In this document: positions 50,584 through 58,644 of the stretch, piece after piece
Position numbering within the stretch: the stretch's first letter is position 1
Layout of the letters: each line of letters starts with the position of its first letter
Origin: a virus
Taxonomy: Duplodnaviria > Caudoviricetes
Reading direction: 5' to 3' (one strand)
DNA length: 64,000 nt
Virus record (IMG/VR): IMGVR_UViG_3300025030_000042
Made by a program: the position numbers and the translations under genes
Notes under the pieces: model-generated
Database searches by the model: none
The model's input: the letters and a program-made list of their open reading frames with translations, nothing else
Told to the model about the DNA's origin: nothing

Positions 50584-50753
50584 AAGTTGGTGACTTGATC
50601 AAAGATACTTGGTATGATGATTCGTTGGGAATAGTATTAAAAGTTGATCAATACTCTTATAATGTATTTTGGATTAAAATGTCTATAGGATTAACAGAAA
50701 GACATTTTGAAAAAAATCTTCATTATGAATATGTCGAAAGGATTGAACAATGA
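50556..50753 (+). CDS. KOW/SH3-like microprotein
   Basis: IKVGDLIKD...LGIVLKV...YNVFW. Confidence 0.7.
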   Translation: MDNKRKKEIKVGDLIKDTWYDDSLGIVLKVDQYSYNVFWIKMSIGLTERHFEKNLHYEYVERIEQ

Positions 50754-50995
50754 CCATTCAAACCCAACAACGCGAAAATCAATATCTTGATATCATCAAG
50801 TCTACTGTTGAATCATATGAGTTTATCAAGACTTGCTTGAATGCCGAGTATAGTCCTATTCATCACTTCAATACGATTGAACTAACTTTGGTTTCTAATG
50901 TTCCTTCGTATACCATCCGCACCGAACTTCAAGAAAAGCTTTCCGATAAGTTTCCTCAACAACGATTTGCTTTTAAATTTATGGCGTCATCATAA
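50750..50995 (+). CDS. Hypothetical protein
   Basis: ATGA coupling. Confidence 0.6.
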   Translation: MTIQTQQRENQYLDIIKSTVESYEFIKTCLNAEYSPIHHFNTIELTLVSNVPSYTIRTELQEKLSDKFPQQRFAFKFMASS

Positions 50996-51062
50996 AAGAA
51001 AATATTATGCGAGATCAAAAACTAATCAAAAAGATTAAAGACTTTTCAAAGGAATAGAATAA

Positions 51063-51254
51063 ATGTTCTTTATTTCTTCTAGTGCCCGAAAAATTCTTGA
51101 AGCGGTAACAATCGCGGTTGTTTCGGCATTAACTATTTCGGTCGGAAATAAACTGATCGAAAAAGCGTTTAAGGAAAAGAAAGAACAACCAGAAACCGCT
51201 TCAACCACTTCAACAAAAAAGAAGCGCCCACCACAAAAAGAAAATAATCAATAA
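51063..51254 (+). CDS. Small membrane-associated protein
   Basis: Hydrophobic helix, basic tail. Confidence 0.55.
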   Translation: MFFISSSARKILEAVTIAVVSALTISVGNKLIEKAFKEKKEQPETASTTSTKKKRPPQKENNQ

Positions 51255-51255
51255 A

Positions 51256-51993
51256 ATGCGAATCTTAAAAACTCCATTTACATTTGATATCAAAAAACAT
51301 TTTTCTGAGGAACAACAAAAAGTATTTAACATTTTAACTTCCGTTCCTGGATGTTATATTGCTGGCGGAGCTGCTTTGGCAATGTATGATAATAATCCAG
51401 TGATATTGAAAGATTTTGATGTTTATTGTAATACGAAAACCATTCGTAGAATCGTTTATAATAAAATGTATGATGTATTTGGTTCGCCGTTAAACTATCC
51501 AACTTATCCGGGAAATGGAAGTTATCTTTATAATTATTTAACTTTTTCTACACTTACACAACTTATGTTAAATAAAAGTAAAAGTTTGAAAAGCCTGTTT
51601 CGTTCATTTGATTTTACAGTTTGTTGTTTTGCTACAGATGGTAAATATTACTACTTTACTCCGCAAGCAAAACGCGATCTCATCAAAAGAGAAATCGTTT
51701 GTAATGAAATTACCAGTAATGAATTAAAAACAATATCTCGCTTAAAGCGTTATAAATCAAAAGGATTTCGTTTAAATAATGAAAAGTTCTGGAATACTTT
51801 TAACAAAAAGAAAAGAACTTTTTCTTCTGGAGATATGATTAAATCTCTATCTTTATATCACGACAAACAAAGAATATTGGTTTTAGATAAAGACAAAAAA
51901 GTTTATAAATGTTTTAATATTTATAACAAAAAGATTTATTTTGTTATATCCGATGTTCTTGAATCAAACTACAAAATCGTTAAGACAAAATGA
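51256..51993 (+). CDS. tRNA nucleotidyltransferase/poly(A) polymerase-like nucleotidyltransferase
   Basis: YIAGGA, DFDVY (DxD), FDFTVC. Confidence 0.7.
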   Translation: MRILKTPFTFDIKKHFSEEQQKVFNILTSVPGCYIAGGAALAMYDNNPVILKDFDVYCNTKTIRRIVYNKMYDVFGSPLNYPTYPGNGSYLYNYLTFSTLTQLMLNKSKSLKSLFRSFDFTVCCFATDGKYYYFTPQAKRDLIKREIVCNEITSNELKTISRLKRYKSKGFRLNNEKFWNTFNKKKRTFSSGDMIKSLSLYHDKQRILVLDKDKKVYKCFNIYNKKIYFVISDVLESNYKIVKTK

Positions 51994-52181
51994 AATACAA
52001 AATCGGCGATTTAATAGAAAATATTATTTGGGGAAGTATCGGATTTATTTATGATATAGAAAATAATAGATATTATCGTATGATTTGGTTTTATGATATT
52101 GATAATAAAAAAGGATATCATTGTGAAAGTTGTTCAATATCTTTAATAGATACCGATAGAACAGTATTATTGGAGAAATAA
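51990..52181 (+). CDS. KOW/SH3-like microprotein
   Basis: MKYKIGDLIE...IGFIY...MIW. Confidence 0.7.
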   Translation: MKYKIGDLIENIIWGSIGFIYDIENNRYYRMIWFYDIDNKKGYHCESCSISLIDTDRTVLLEK

Positions 52182-52186
52182 ATAAA

Positions 52187-52591
52187 ATGTCATATTGTAG
52201 ATTTAGCGAAGGCGATGTATATATGTTTTATCATTGCGGAGGGTTTATTGAATGCTGTTCTTGTTCTCTTGCTCCGCTCGTAAACACCATATGGACAAAA
52301 GGACACAAAAAAGGTTCGTTGTTTGAAGAATGTGATCAATGTCAAGGTTCTGGATGTGAACACTGTTGGTGTAAACACTGTCAAGGTCAAGGGTGTAAAT
52401 CCTGTATGATGCACGGAAGTTTATCGTTTGAAACATTTGAAGAGGCGATTGAACACCTAAAAGAACATCAAAAAAATGGTGACGATTTTCCTTCAGATGT
52501 ATTTGATATGTTGGAAGAAGACATTAGGACCGAAGGTAGACCGAAAAAAGTAGTTTGTAATGACGACGAAGTTGATGAAGAAAATGAATAA
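52187..52591 (+). CDS. Cys-rich hypothetical protein
   Basis: CDQCQGSGC and CKHCQGQGC. Confidence 0.6.
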   Translation: MSYCRFSEGDVYMFYHCGGFIECCSCSLAPLVNTIWTKGHKKGSLFEECDQCQGSGCEHCWCKHCQGQGCKSCMMHGSLSFETFEEAIEHLKEHQKNGDDFPSDVFDMLEEDIRTEGRPKKVVCNDDEVDEENE

Positions 52592-52874
52592 AGAAGATAA
52601 CGACCGATATCAAAATCAACCTTGGTATATCAAGTTATGGAGACGAAGATATTATCTTTTGATTCCATATTTTACTATTGTTTGTTATCTATATAATATT
52701 TTCATGGTGTCTAAAAACGAAGAACGATTATCTCTTAATAAATGCTGGAAAATCAATATTGGGTTAGCACAAATGAAAATGAAATGGTATTATGATTGGA
52801 ATGAAATGAAAGAGAAATTAGATAAAATAGATAAAATAAAAGATGGACAAAATAGGTTAAATAAAAATGTATAA
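52560..52874 (+). CDS. Hypothetical protein
   Basis: QPWYIKLWRRRYYL. Confidence 0.55.
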   Translation: MTTKLMKKMNKEDNDRYQNQPWYIKLWRRRYYLLIPYFTIVCYLYNIFMVSKNEERLSLNKCWKINIGLAQMKMKWYYDWNEMKEKLDKIDKIKDGQNRLNKNV

Positions 52875-54147
52875 TGCTATTATTGGAAAAATCAAGATCT
52901 ATCCTCACCCTAACGCAGATAGACTAAAAATGGGCGTTATTTGTAATACAACGGTTGTTGTTGGGTTAAATATTCAAGAAAATGATTTAATGATGTTATT
53001 TCCCAGTGATGGACAACTCTCTGAAACTTTTGCCATCTCCAACAATTTAATCAGTTATTCCGATCCGCAAACTGGTGAAAAAAAAGGTGGTTATTTCGCA
53101 AAAAATCGTCGCGTCCGCGCTCAAAAGCTACGAGGCGTTAGTAGTGATGGATTCGCCTGTGAACTTTCACTTTTAAAAAATGCTGGAGTATCTCAAAAAA
53201 CTATTGATTCTTTAAAAAAAGGGGATCAATTTAACGAGTTGGATGATATTTCTATATGTAATAAATATATTACGCCCGCAACAAAACAAGCGTTGGCCCA
53301 TAAGGCAAATCAAGTTAAAAAAACCAATAAAAGATTTCCGGAACACTATGAGACAAAACAGTTACGTTATGAAATCGATAAGATACCTAACTATTCAATA
53401 TTATACATAAATCTCAAAGTCCACGGAACTTCTGCCAGATATAGTTTTGTTCATGAAGAAATCGCCGTTAAACCTCCTTGGTTTAAACGCATCTTTGGCG
53501 CCAAACCAAAAACAAAACTTGAATATCGTCATCAAGTTGGCACTCGTCGAGTCATTCTTGATAACGAAAATGTTATGGATTTTCACGGAAATGTTCAATA
53601 TCGTTACGATTTTATGAAAGATATTTTTCATCTTCTAAAAAAAGGCGAACTTATCTATGGTGAAATCGCTGGATATCAATCTGAAAATGTTTCTATTATG
53701 CCATCGGTTTCAACTTCAACAATAAAAGATAAATCGTTTTCAAAAAAGTATGGTCCTACTATAACCTACAAATACGGCTGTCCTAACGGAACTCATAAGT
53801 TCTTTGTTTATAGAATAGCAATGATAAATGAAGATGGTTACATTATAGATTTACCTTGGTTACAAACAAAGAAAAGAGCAATGGAGTTAGGACTTCAGTG
53901 TGTTCCAGAGTTTGAAGGTCCATTTGTTTACGACGGCAACAAAGAAGAACTTTTAAATAAAGTATTACAATATGTAGACGGTCCGGATCCATTAGATGAA
54001 ACTCATATTAGAGAGGGTGTTGTGGTTCGCATTGAAAATGAAAACGGTGTATCGTTCTTAAAAGAAAAATCTTTTAACTTTAAAGTTTTGGAAGGAATTG
54101 CGAAAGATAATGCCGATTATATTGATTTAGAGGAACAGGAAGGGTAA
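52867..54147 (+). CDS. ATP-dependent RNA ligase (DRB0094-like, N-terminal OB fold)
   Basis: HPNADRL, KLRGVSSDG, KVHGTS, YGEIAG, REGVVVR, KEKSFNF. Confidence 0.88.
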   Translation: MYNAIIGKIKIYPHPNADRLKMGVICNTTVVVGLNIQENDLMMLFPSDGQLSETFAISNNLISYSDPQTGEKKGGYFAKNRRVRAQKLRGVSSDGFACELSLLKNAGVSQKTIDSLKKGDQFNELDDISICNKYITPATKQALAHKANQVKKTNKRFPEHYETKQLRYEIDKIPNYSILYINLKVHGTSARYSFVHEEIAVKPPWFKRIFGAKPKTKLEYRHQVGTRRVILDNENVMDFHGNVQYRYDFMKDIFHLLKKGELIYGEIAGYQSENVSIMPSVSTSTIKDKSFSKKYGPTITYKYGCPNGTHKFFVYRIAMINEDGYIIDLPWLQTKKRAMELGLQCVPEFEGPFVYDGNKEELLNKVLQYVDGPDPLDETHIREGVVVRIENENGVSFLKEKSFNFKVLEGIAKDNADYIDLEEQEG

Positions 54148-54157
54148 ATTTTGCACA

Positions 54158-54439
54158 ATGAAAAATGAATCTTATTTAGAGAAGATTGATAAGATTGATT
54201 TTACAATTTTAAAGGTTGGAGATTTACTATTTGATTATTATGATTGCGTAGCGGATGGTCGTTGGTTATTTGTTGTAAATAAAACCGATACACATATAAC
54301 TTTTTTGTTTAACTTCAAACAAATATTTAAACCTTTTTTATTAAAATATTGGGATAATAAAGCAAATAAAAAAATAAACAATGGATATAGTAACAAATAT
54401 CGCAAATATTTTATCGTTACCAAATCGGTAACGAAATAA
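54158..54439 (+). CDS. KOW/SH3-like microprotein
   Basis: ILKVGDLLFD. Confidence 0.62.
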   Translation: MKNESYLEKIDKIDFTILKVGDLLFDYYDCVADGRWLFVVNKTDTHITFLFNFKQIFKPFLLKYWDNKANKKINNGYSNKYRKYFIVTKSVTK

Positions 54440-54444
54440 CTTTT

Positions 54445-54678
54445 ATGAAACCGAAAAGAGGTTCTGATATATCGATACACTACATCGATCTTAAAATAGG
54501 AGATCTAATTTTATTCAAAAATGAACCAGAATATGTAGTATTAAAGAAAAACGAAAAAACAATAATAATGTTTGATATCAAAAGAACAAAAATATTTGAA
54601 TATAATTTATGCTATAAAAATGTTTTGGGCGCGTTACTTTATTGTGGATTATCAAAAAGATATATGAAAATATTATAA
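54445..54678 (+). CDS. KOW/SH3-like microprotein
   Basis: DLKIGDLILF. Confidence 0.62.
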   Translation: MKPKRGSDISIHYIDLKIGDLILFKNEPEYVVLKKNEKTIIMFDIKRTKIFEYNLCYKNVLGALLYCGLSKRYMKIL

Positions 54679-54679
54679 T

Positions 54680-54838
54680 ATGTCTTCAATAGAAAATAAA
54701 ATATATATTAAAGATTTGAATGTTGGCGATTTGATATTGGATCCGATCGATGGAGCGATATTTGTGTTTGAAAAAAACGAAAGAAAAACTTTCGGTATAT
54801 TCTATAGAACAAAAACAATTTTTTTAAATATTATTTGA
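54680..54838 (+). CDS. KOW/SH3-like microprotein (below cutoff)
   Basis: Manual translation IKDLNVGDLILDPIDG. Confidence 0.55.
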   Translation: MSSIENKIYIKDLNVGDLILDPIDGAIFVFEKNERKTFGIFYRTKTIFLNII

Positions 54839-54915
54839 AAGTAGTTTATTATACCCGGGTAAAGTGTTATTCGGCCCTCACAACAACACAGAGAACTCAT
54901 AATCTAGGATATATA

Positions 54916-55083
54916 ATGAAACTTTTTGACAGAGATCTTTTTCAAACGAAGCAAACGATGAACCGTCTTGAGCGGATTGTTTTACTTATTTTTATTATGT
55001 CGATGACAAGCATTATTGGTGTTGGGGTATGGTTCGTGTGGAATCATTATTATTCCCCGATAATATTATGTTCGGCATTATAA
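54916..55083 (+). CDS. Small membrane protein
   Basis: One TM helix. Confidence 0.5.
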   Translation: MKLFDRDLFQTKQTMNRLERIVLLIFIMSMTSIIGVGVWFVWNHYYSPIILCSAL

Positions 55084-55124
55084 TAAAATCATTTACTTCT
55101 TTTGTGTCCGACAACCTCATTTTA

Positions 55125-55270
55125 TGTGTCTGACAGTTGGCCATGGCAGCCAGTATATCACACGCGCCTTTTTGGCGCCGGCGTCCTTCGGCGTCTCCAC
55201 GGGCTGCACAGACGCCTTCCGGACGACGCTGGAGAACATTCATCAAGTCAGCTCTCCATCGCCGTCATAC
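55125..55270. other. Short GC-rich island with a long hairpin
   Basis: GGCGTC..GACGCC stem nested in CCGGCGTCC..GGACGACGCTGG within AT-rich DNA. Confidence 0.6.
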
Positions 55271-55361
55271 AATAAAATATCTCTCTCGATAACGCCAATA
55301 TCGATCAATAACATTGCGAATGTTATTGAAAAGAAAAAGCGTTATTATTATTAAAAAGATC

Positions 55362-55390
55362 TTGACAAACACTCAACAATATTATATACT
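55362..55390 (+). promoter_or_regulatory. sigma70-type promoter
   Basis: TTGACA-N17-TATACT. Confidence 0.78.
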
Positions 55391-55396
55391 TGTGTT

Positions 55397-55642
55397 ATGA
55401 ATGAATGCGAATATATCGAACGTATTATGTCGATGGTAAAAGTTGGCGACCTTGCAAGACACAAGCGTTGTTCAAATATCGTAATGGTTTATAAAATAAA
55501 AATGTTTAAACATTGGTGTGAATGTTTCGTTATTCCAAAAATGGTCAACACCGACGCGCCTCTTTATAAATATTCATCCTTTGTTGACGACTTTCATCGA
55601 ATACCTCATTATAAAACCATTTCAAAAGGCAATCAAAAATGA
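55397..55642 (+). CDS. KOW/SH3-like microprotein
   Basis: VKVGDLARHKRCSNIVMV. Confidence 0.68.
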   Translation: MNECEYIERIMSMVKVGDLARHKRCSNIVMVYKIKMFKHWCECFVIPKMVNTDAPLYKYSSFVDDFHRIPHYKTISKGNQK

Positions 55643-55866
55643 ACATCGGCGATCTTCTGAAAATAAAAGAAGAAGACTATACTGTCGCCAAAACAACATA
55701 TTCGGTTATATATGCGAAAGATGGAAACCTTTTTTGGATATATCCACCGGTATATGATCGATATAATCAAGTATGGCGTGGTTTTTCTATTAAACGTATG
55801 GATCCAAAATATCGCGATCACTTTTGGTGGTCCATTCGAAAAGTTGCCGGACACAAAGAAAAATAA
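55639..55866 (+). CDS. KOW/SH3-like microprotein
   Basis: MNIGDLLKI. Confidence 0.62.
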   Translation: MNIGDLLKIKEEDYTVAKTTYSVIYAKDGNLFWIYPPVYDRYNQVWRGFSIKRMDPKYRDHFWWSIRKVAGHKEK

Positions 55867-55867
55867 A

Positions 55868-56122
55868 ATGAATCATTCAATATATAAATTAAAACTTCAT
55901 CATGATGATATTAATGTCGGCGATCTTGTTATTAGTTATGATGAAAATGAAAAAAATATTCGCATCATCATAAAAAAGAATAAAAAACAATTAAAATATT
56001 ATAGAATGCGCTCGACAAGTTTATTTTCCAAAGTTTATATGGAAACGATTCCTTTCGCACGCATCGGCCCAAACGATGTGTTTTATCGTGTATATCATAT
56101 ACCAGCGGGCAACATAAAATAA
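55868..56122 (+). CDS. KOW/SH3-like microprotein
   Basis: DINVGDLVIS. Confidence 0.6.
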   Translation: MNHSIYKLKLHHDDINVGDLVISYDENEKNIRIIIKKNKKQLKYYRMRSTSLFSKVYMETIPFARIGPNDVFYRVYHIPAGNIK

Positions 56123-56123
56123 A

Positions 56124-56324
56124 ATGATTTCAAAACCAACAAAGCCAAAAGCCGGCGATCTCATAAAACATATATCTTGTTCCAATCATGTTATGGTTCA
56201 TGAGATAGATGAAAAAGGTTTTGTTTATGTATTTCCAGATTTAAAGTCAACTTTTTGGACAAATCATTCGTTCAATTCATTTTATGATTATCGTAATTGT
56301 AAAATAGTAGTTCGGACAACATAA
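56124..56324 (+). CDS. KOW/SH3-like microprotein
   Basis: KAGDLIKHISCSNHVMV (close to 55397). Confidence 0.68.
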   Translation: MISKPTKPKAGDLIKHISCSNHVMVHEIDEKGFVYVFPDLKSTFWTNHSFNSFYDYRNCKIVVRTT

Positions 56325-56341
56325 AAATAAAGGAGATATAA

Positions 56342-56803
56342 ATGAACAGCCCGTTTAAACCAACTACAAAGGAATATATTACAGACGATAGGTTATTTAA
56401 AATTAATGAAGATTATATAACAGACGACGAAGAGAGCCCAGACTACTATGGACCTAAAACATTACCCATCGGAAGAGTATCTCTAAAAGAAATTATGGAT
56501 GCTTATAAAGATATAGATCCAGGTTGTGTTTATATTGAGGCGGGTTATGACGAGGGTTGGAATAAAGGAGAAAAACTTTACATTAAAATCCCAAAAACAG
56601 ATGAGATGTTTGCTGAACGGATGAAGAAATACGAAATAGAAATGGTTAAATATAACGAATGGTTGACACAACAAGAATATTGGAAAACTCCGGAAGGCAA
56701 AACAGAAAAACAAAGAATCAAAGAAGAGAAAAAGAAACAAAAACTTCTCAAAGAAATGGAAAAAATTCAAATAAAGTTAAATATATTGAAGGATGCGGAA
56801 TGA
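56342..56803 (+). CDS. Hypothetical protein, coiled-coil tail
   Basis: AAAGGAG RBS. Confidence 0.7.
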   Translation: MNSPFKPTTKEYITDDRLFKINEDYITDDEESPDYYGPKTLPIGRVSLKEIMDAYKDIDPGCVYIEAGYDEGWNKGEKLYIKIPKTDEMFAERMKKYEIEMVKYNEWLTQQEYWKTPEGKTEKQRIKEEKKKQKLLKEMEKIQIKLNILKDAE

Positions 56804-56809
56804 TAACAA

Positions 56810-57110
56810 ATCGATCGCGGTTATCATAAAGAAAAAGAATGTTATCGATGCGTGGACACAACCGATACAACAATCGATAAGTGCGGTAAGTGGTCGATTG
56901 GGTAATGGGAGATATAAGAGAAATAAAGATAATAATGAAAAGAGAGAAACGAGCAGTAAATGAGAAGGAAGGAACGGTAAGGTCGTGTGTGGACGATAAG
57001 TGGACGATTGGATAATGGAAAGATAAGAGATAATGAAGATCGGGTGTGGACGGACGTTCGCGAACCAAACGGTTGTATTTCCGAAATAAAATAAATAAAA
57101 CCTTAAATCT
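56810..57110 (+). repeat. Purine-rich, C-poor degenerate repeat tract
   Basis: Many GATAA; TAAGTGG.CGATTGG.TAATGG twice; GTGTGGAC twice. Confidence 0.55.
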
Positions 57111-57148
57111 GGAAAAATGGTCCGGGCGTTACGAATGGATATGCGCAC

Positions 57149-57316
57149 CCACTAGTGGCTACCCGAGTAGCCGGCTAATATACTATCCGGCTTCTGGACT
57201 TGCCGGCAATTCGACAAGCCACGGAAGTTGCGAAAGCCTGGCGACTCCGTTAGCCACGGCAAACCCGATAGCCGCCTGGCTACCAGACTTGCCGTGGCTG
57301 CAGTGTTAGCCGGCTA
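57149..57316. repeat. Dense GC-rich palindrome/inverted-repeat cluster
   Basis: CCACTAGTGG, TAGCCGGCTA x2, TTGCCGGCAA, AGCCACGGCAA/TTGCCGTGGCT. Confidence 0.75.
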
Positions 57317-57821
57317 CCATCGCCTTGCGCAGCTTGCCAAGTGCCCGATGCTTTGCATTGCCTACGTCAATCTGCGAGATTCCCAGCATATCCGCGATAT
57401 CCTTGTTACGCTCGCCATTCAAGATCCACGTGAGCAAGCATTGCTCGTACTCGCTGAGAGACTGCATCGCCCTGCGGAGCCTATCAGAGTCCACTGCCGA
57501 TGCTAGTGCCTCTTCTGGCGTATTGGACTCGTCTGCTACTGCTGCCGCTTGATCGTCGCCTGCCACGGTCCTACGATGGCTGGCGCCCCGCAGATGGTCC
57601 ATGGTCGTCTGATATGCGACCATACCGCACCATGTTCCGAGCGATGCGCCACGGCTCGGATCGTACTTGTCAAGGGTTCCCTCGGCGAGTCTGAGGTATG
57701 TTGCTTGCACGCAATCATCACGATCCTGCAGGCGATTGAACTTGGCAAGCTGCTTGCTTACCAGGCCACAGATCAAGCCGTGGTATTTGCTGGCGACGGT
57801 CTGGAGGTTGGCAGTTTCCAT
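57306..57821 (-). CDS. ECF-type sigma70-family RNA polymerase sigma factor
   Basis: Region 2 DDCVQATYLRL..KYDPSRG.SLGTW...VAYQTTMDHLR; region 4 LSEYEQ...RNKDIADMLGISQIDVGNAKHRALGKLRK. Confidence 0.88.
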   Translation of the reverse strand: METANLQTVASKYHGLICGLVSKQLAKFNRLQDRDDCVQATYLRLAEGTLDKYDPSRGASLGTWCGMVAYQTTMDHLRGASHRRTVAGDDQAAAVADESNTPEEALASAVDSDRLRRAMQSLSEYEQCLLTWILNGERNKDIADMLGISQIDVGNAKHRALGKLRKAMVAG

Positions 57822-57856
57822 TGTCGATCCCTTTCGTTTCGTTAGCGTCTGTAGCT

Positions 57857-57885
57857 ACTATGAACGATAGAGAATCGGTTGTCAA
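57857..57885 (-). promoter_or_regulatory. sigma70-type promoter of the ECF gene
   Basis: TTGACA-N17-CATAGT, upstream A/T tracts, AAAGGGA RBS downstream. Confidence 0.7.
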
Positions 57886-57950
57886 GCGTCAAAAGAAAAG
57901 TTTTTTCTCTATAGGCGCCCCGCAGAGACGTTTTCTGGAGTCGGGTGTTC

Positions 57951-58244
57951 TTATCGGGACCCTCGAAAAAAACGGTTATTCGCTCGAAGCCTACCGTGCT
58001 GAGACCGCTCGTAATGCTCGAGTGCCTGCGCAAGCTCCGAGCCTACGCGCCGCTCGTAAACGTCCCTGGCGAGCCATAGGAACGCCTGGCGTACCTCGGG
58101 AGTCAGCACGATCCCCGTTGCCCGATGGCGCCATACCTCGTGGCGAACATCCGATCGGGCGCGCCGGGCGGCCCACAAGCCGAGACAGACGGCGAGGAAT
58201 CCAACGGCGAGGGAAAGCGCAACAATCATTTCGATGGGATTCAT
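57951..58244 (-). CDS. Single-TM hypothetical protein
   Basis: AAAGGA RBS after motif copy 1. Confidence 0.7.
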   Translation of the reverse strand: MNPIEMIVALSLAVGFLAVCLGLWAARRARSDVRHEVWRHRATGIVLTPEVRQAFLWLARDVYERRVGSELAQALEHYERSQHGRLRANNRFFRGSR

Positions 58245-58276
58245 TGTTTATCGTCCTTTGTTGGTTCGTTCGCGAA

Positions 58277-58304
58277 GTTATACGATCGCCGCTGGGATTT
58301 ATTT
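58277..58304 (-). promoter_or_regulatory. Bipartite motif copy 1
   Basis: AAATAAA-N10-GATCGTATAAC. Confidence 0.82.
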
Positions 58305-58336
58305 GCTGCCGGGCACAAGAAAAAAGAACATTAACG

Positions 58337-58549
58337 CTATCCGTTCGATAGCGTTAATCGCTTCGAATCAAGTACATCGCATGCTCTGAGGAACCTATCC
58401 CGGTCGAATCGCGGGTTATCCACTTGGAATAGATCGGCTACATTGCCGATAATGCGCCAGATTGCCTTATCAGCGTCGGATCCTTCGTTTTCCAATATCA
58501 GCTCATGACGAAACATATCCGCAAACTTCTGATAGTCCTTTTTTGTCAT
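58337..58549 (-). CDS. MTKKDY...RFDRDRFLxAC family protein
   Basis: Paralog of 58982; start trimmed. Confidence 0.75.
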   Translation of the reverse strand: MTKKDYQKFADMFRHELILENEGSDADKAIWRIIGNVADLFQVDNPRFDRDRFLRACDVLDSKRLTLSNG

Positions 58550-58576
58550 CGGGAAGCCTTTCGTTGGGTTCGAAGG

Positions 58577-58604
58577 GTTATACGATCGTGCTAAAGGTTT
58601 ATTT
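58577..58604 (-). promoter_or_regulatory. Bipartite motif copy 2
   Basis: AAATAAA-N10-GATCGTATAAC. Confidence 0.82.
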
Positions 58605-58644
58605 GCTGCCGGACACAAGAAAAAAGAACACTTGATTAAGATCT

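Noticed and set aside
55180-55240. SRP RNA similarity (GTCCGGAAGG...GCAGCC on the minus strand)
   Set aside because: A 7-nt insertion breaks the domain IV geometry and the flanking helix does not form; likely chance.
8821-56324. Diversity-generating retroelement origin of the microproteins
   Set aside because: No reverse transcriptase or TR/VR pair differing only at adenines in this window.
57500-58351. Overlapping plus-strand ORFs in the GC-rich zone
   Set aside because: High GC opens shadow frames; the minus-strand sigma and TM gene explain the region.
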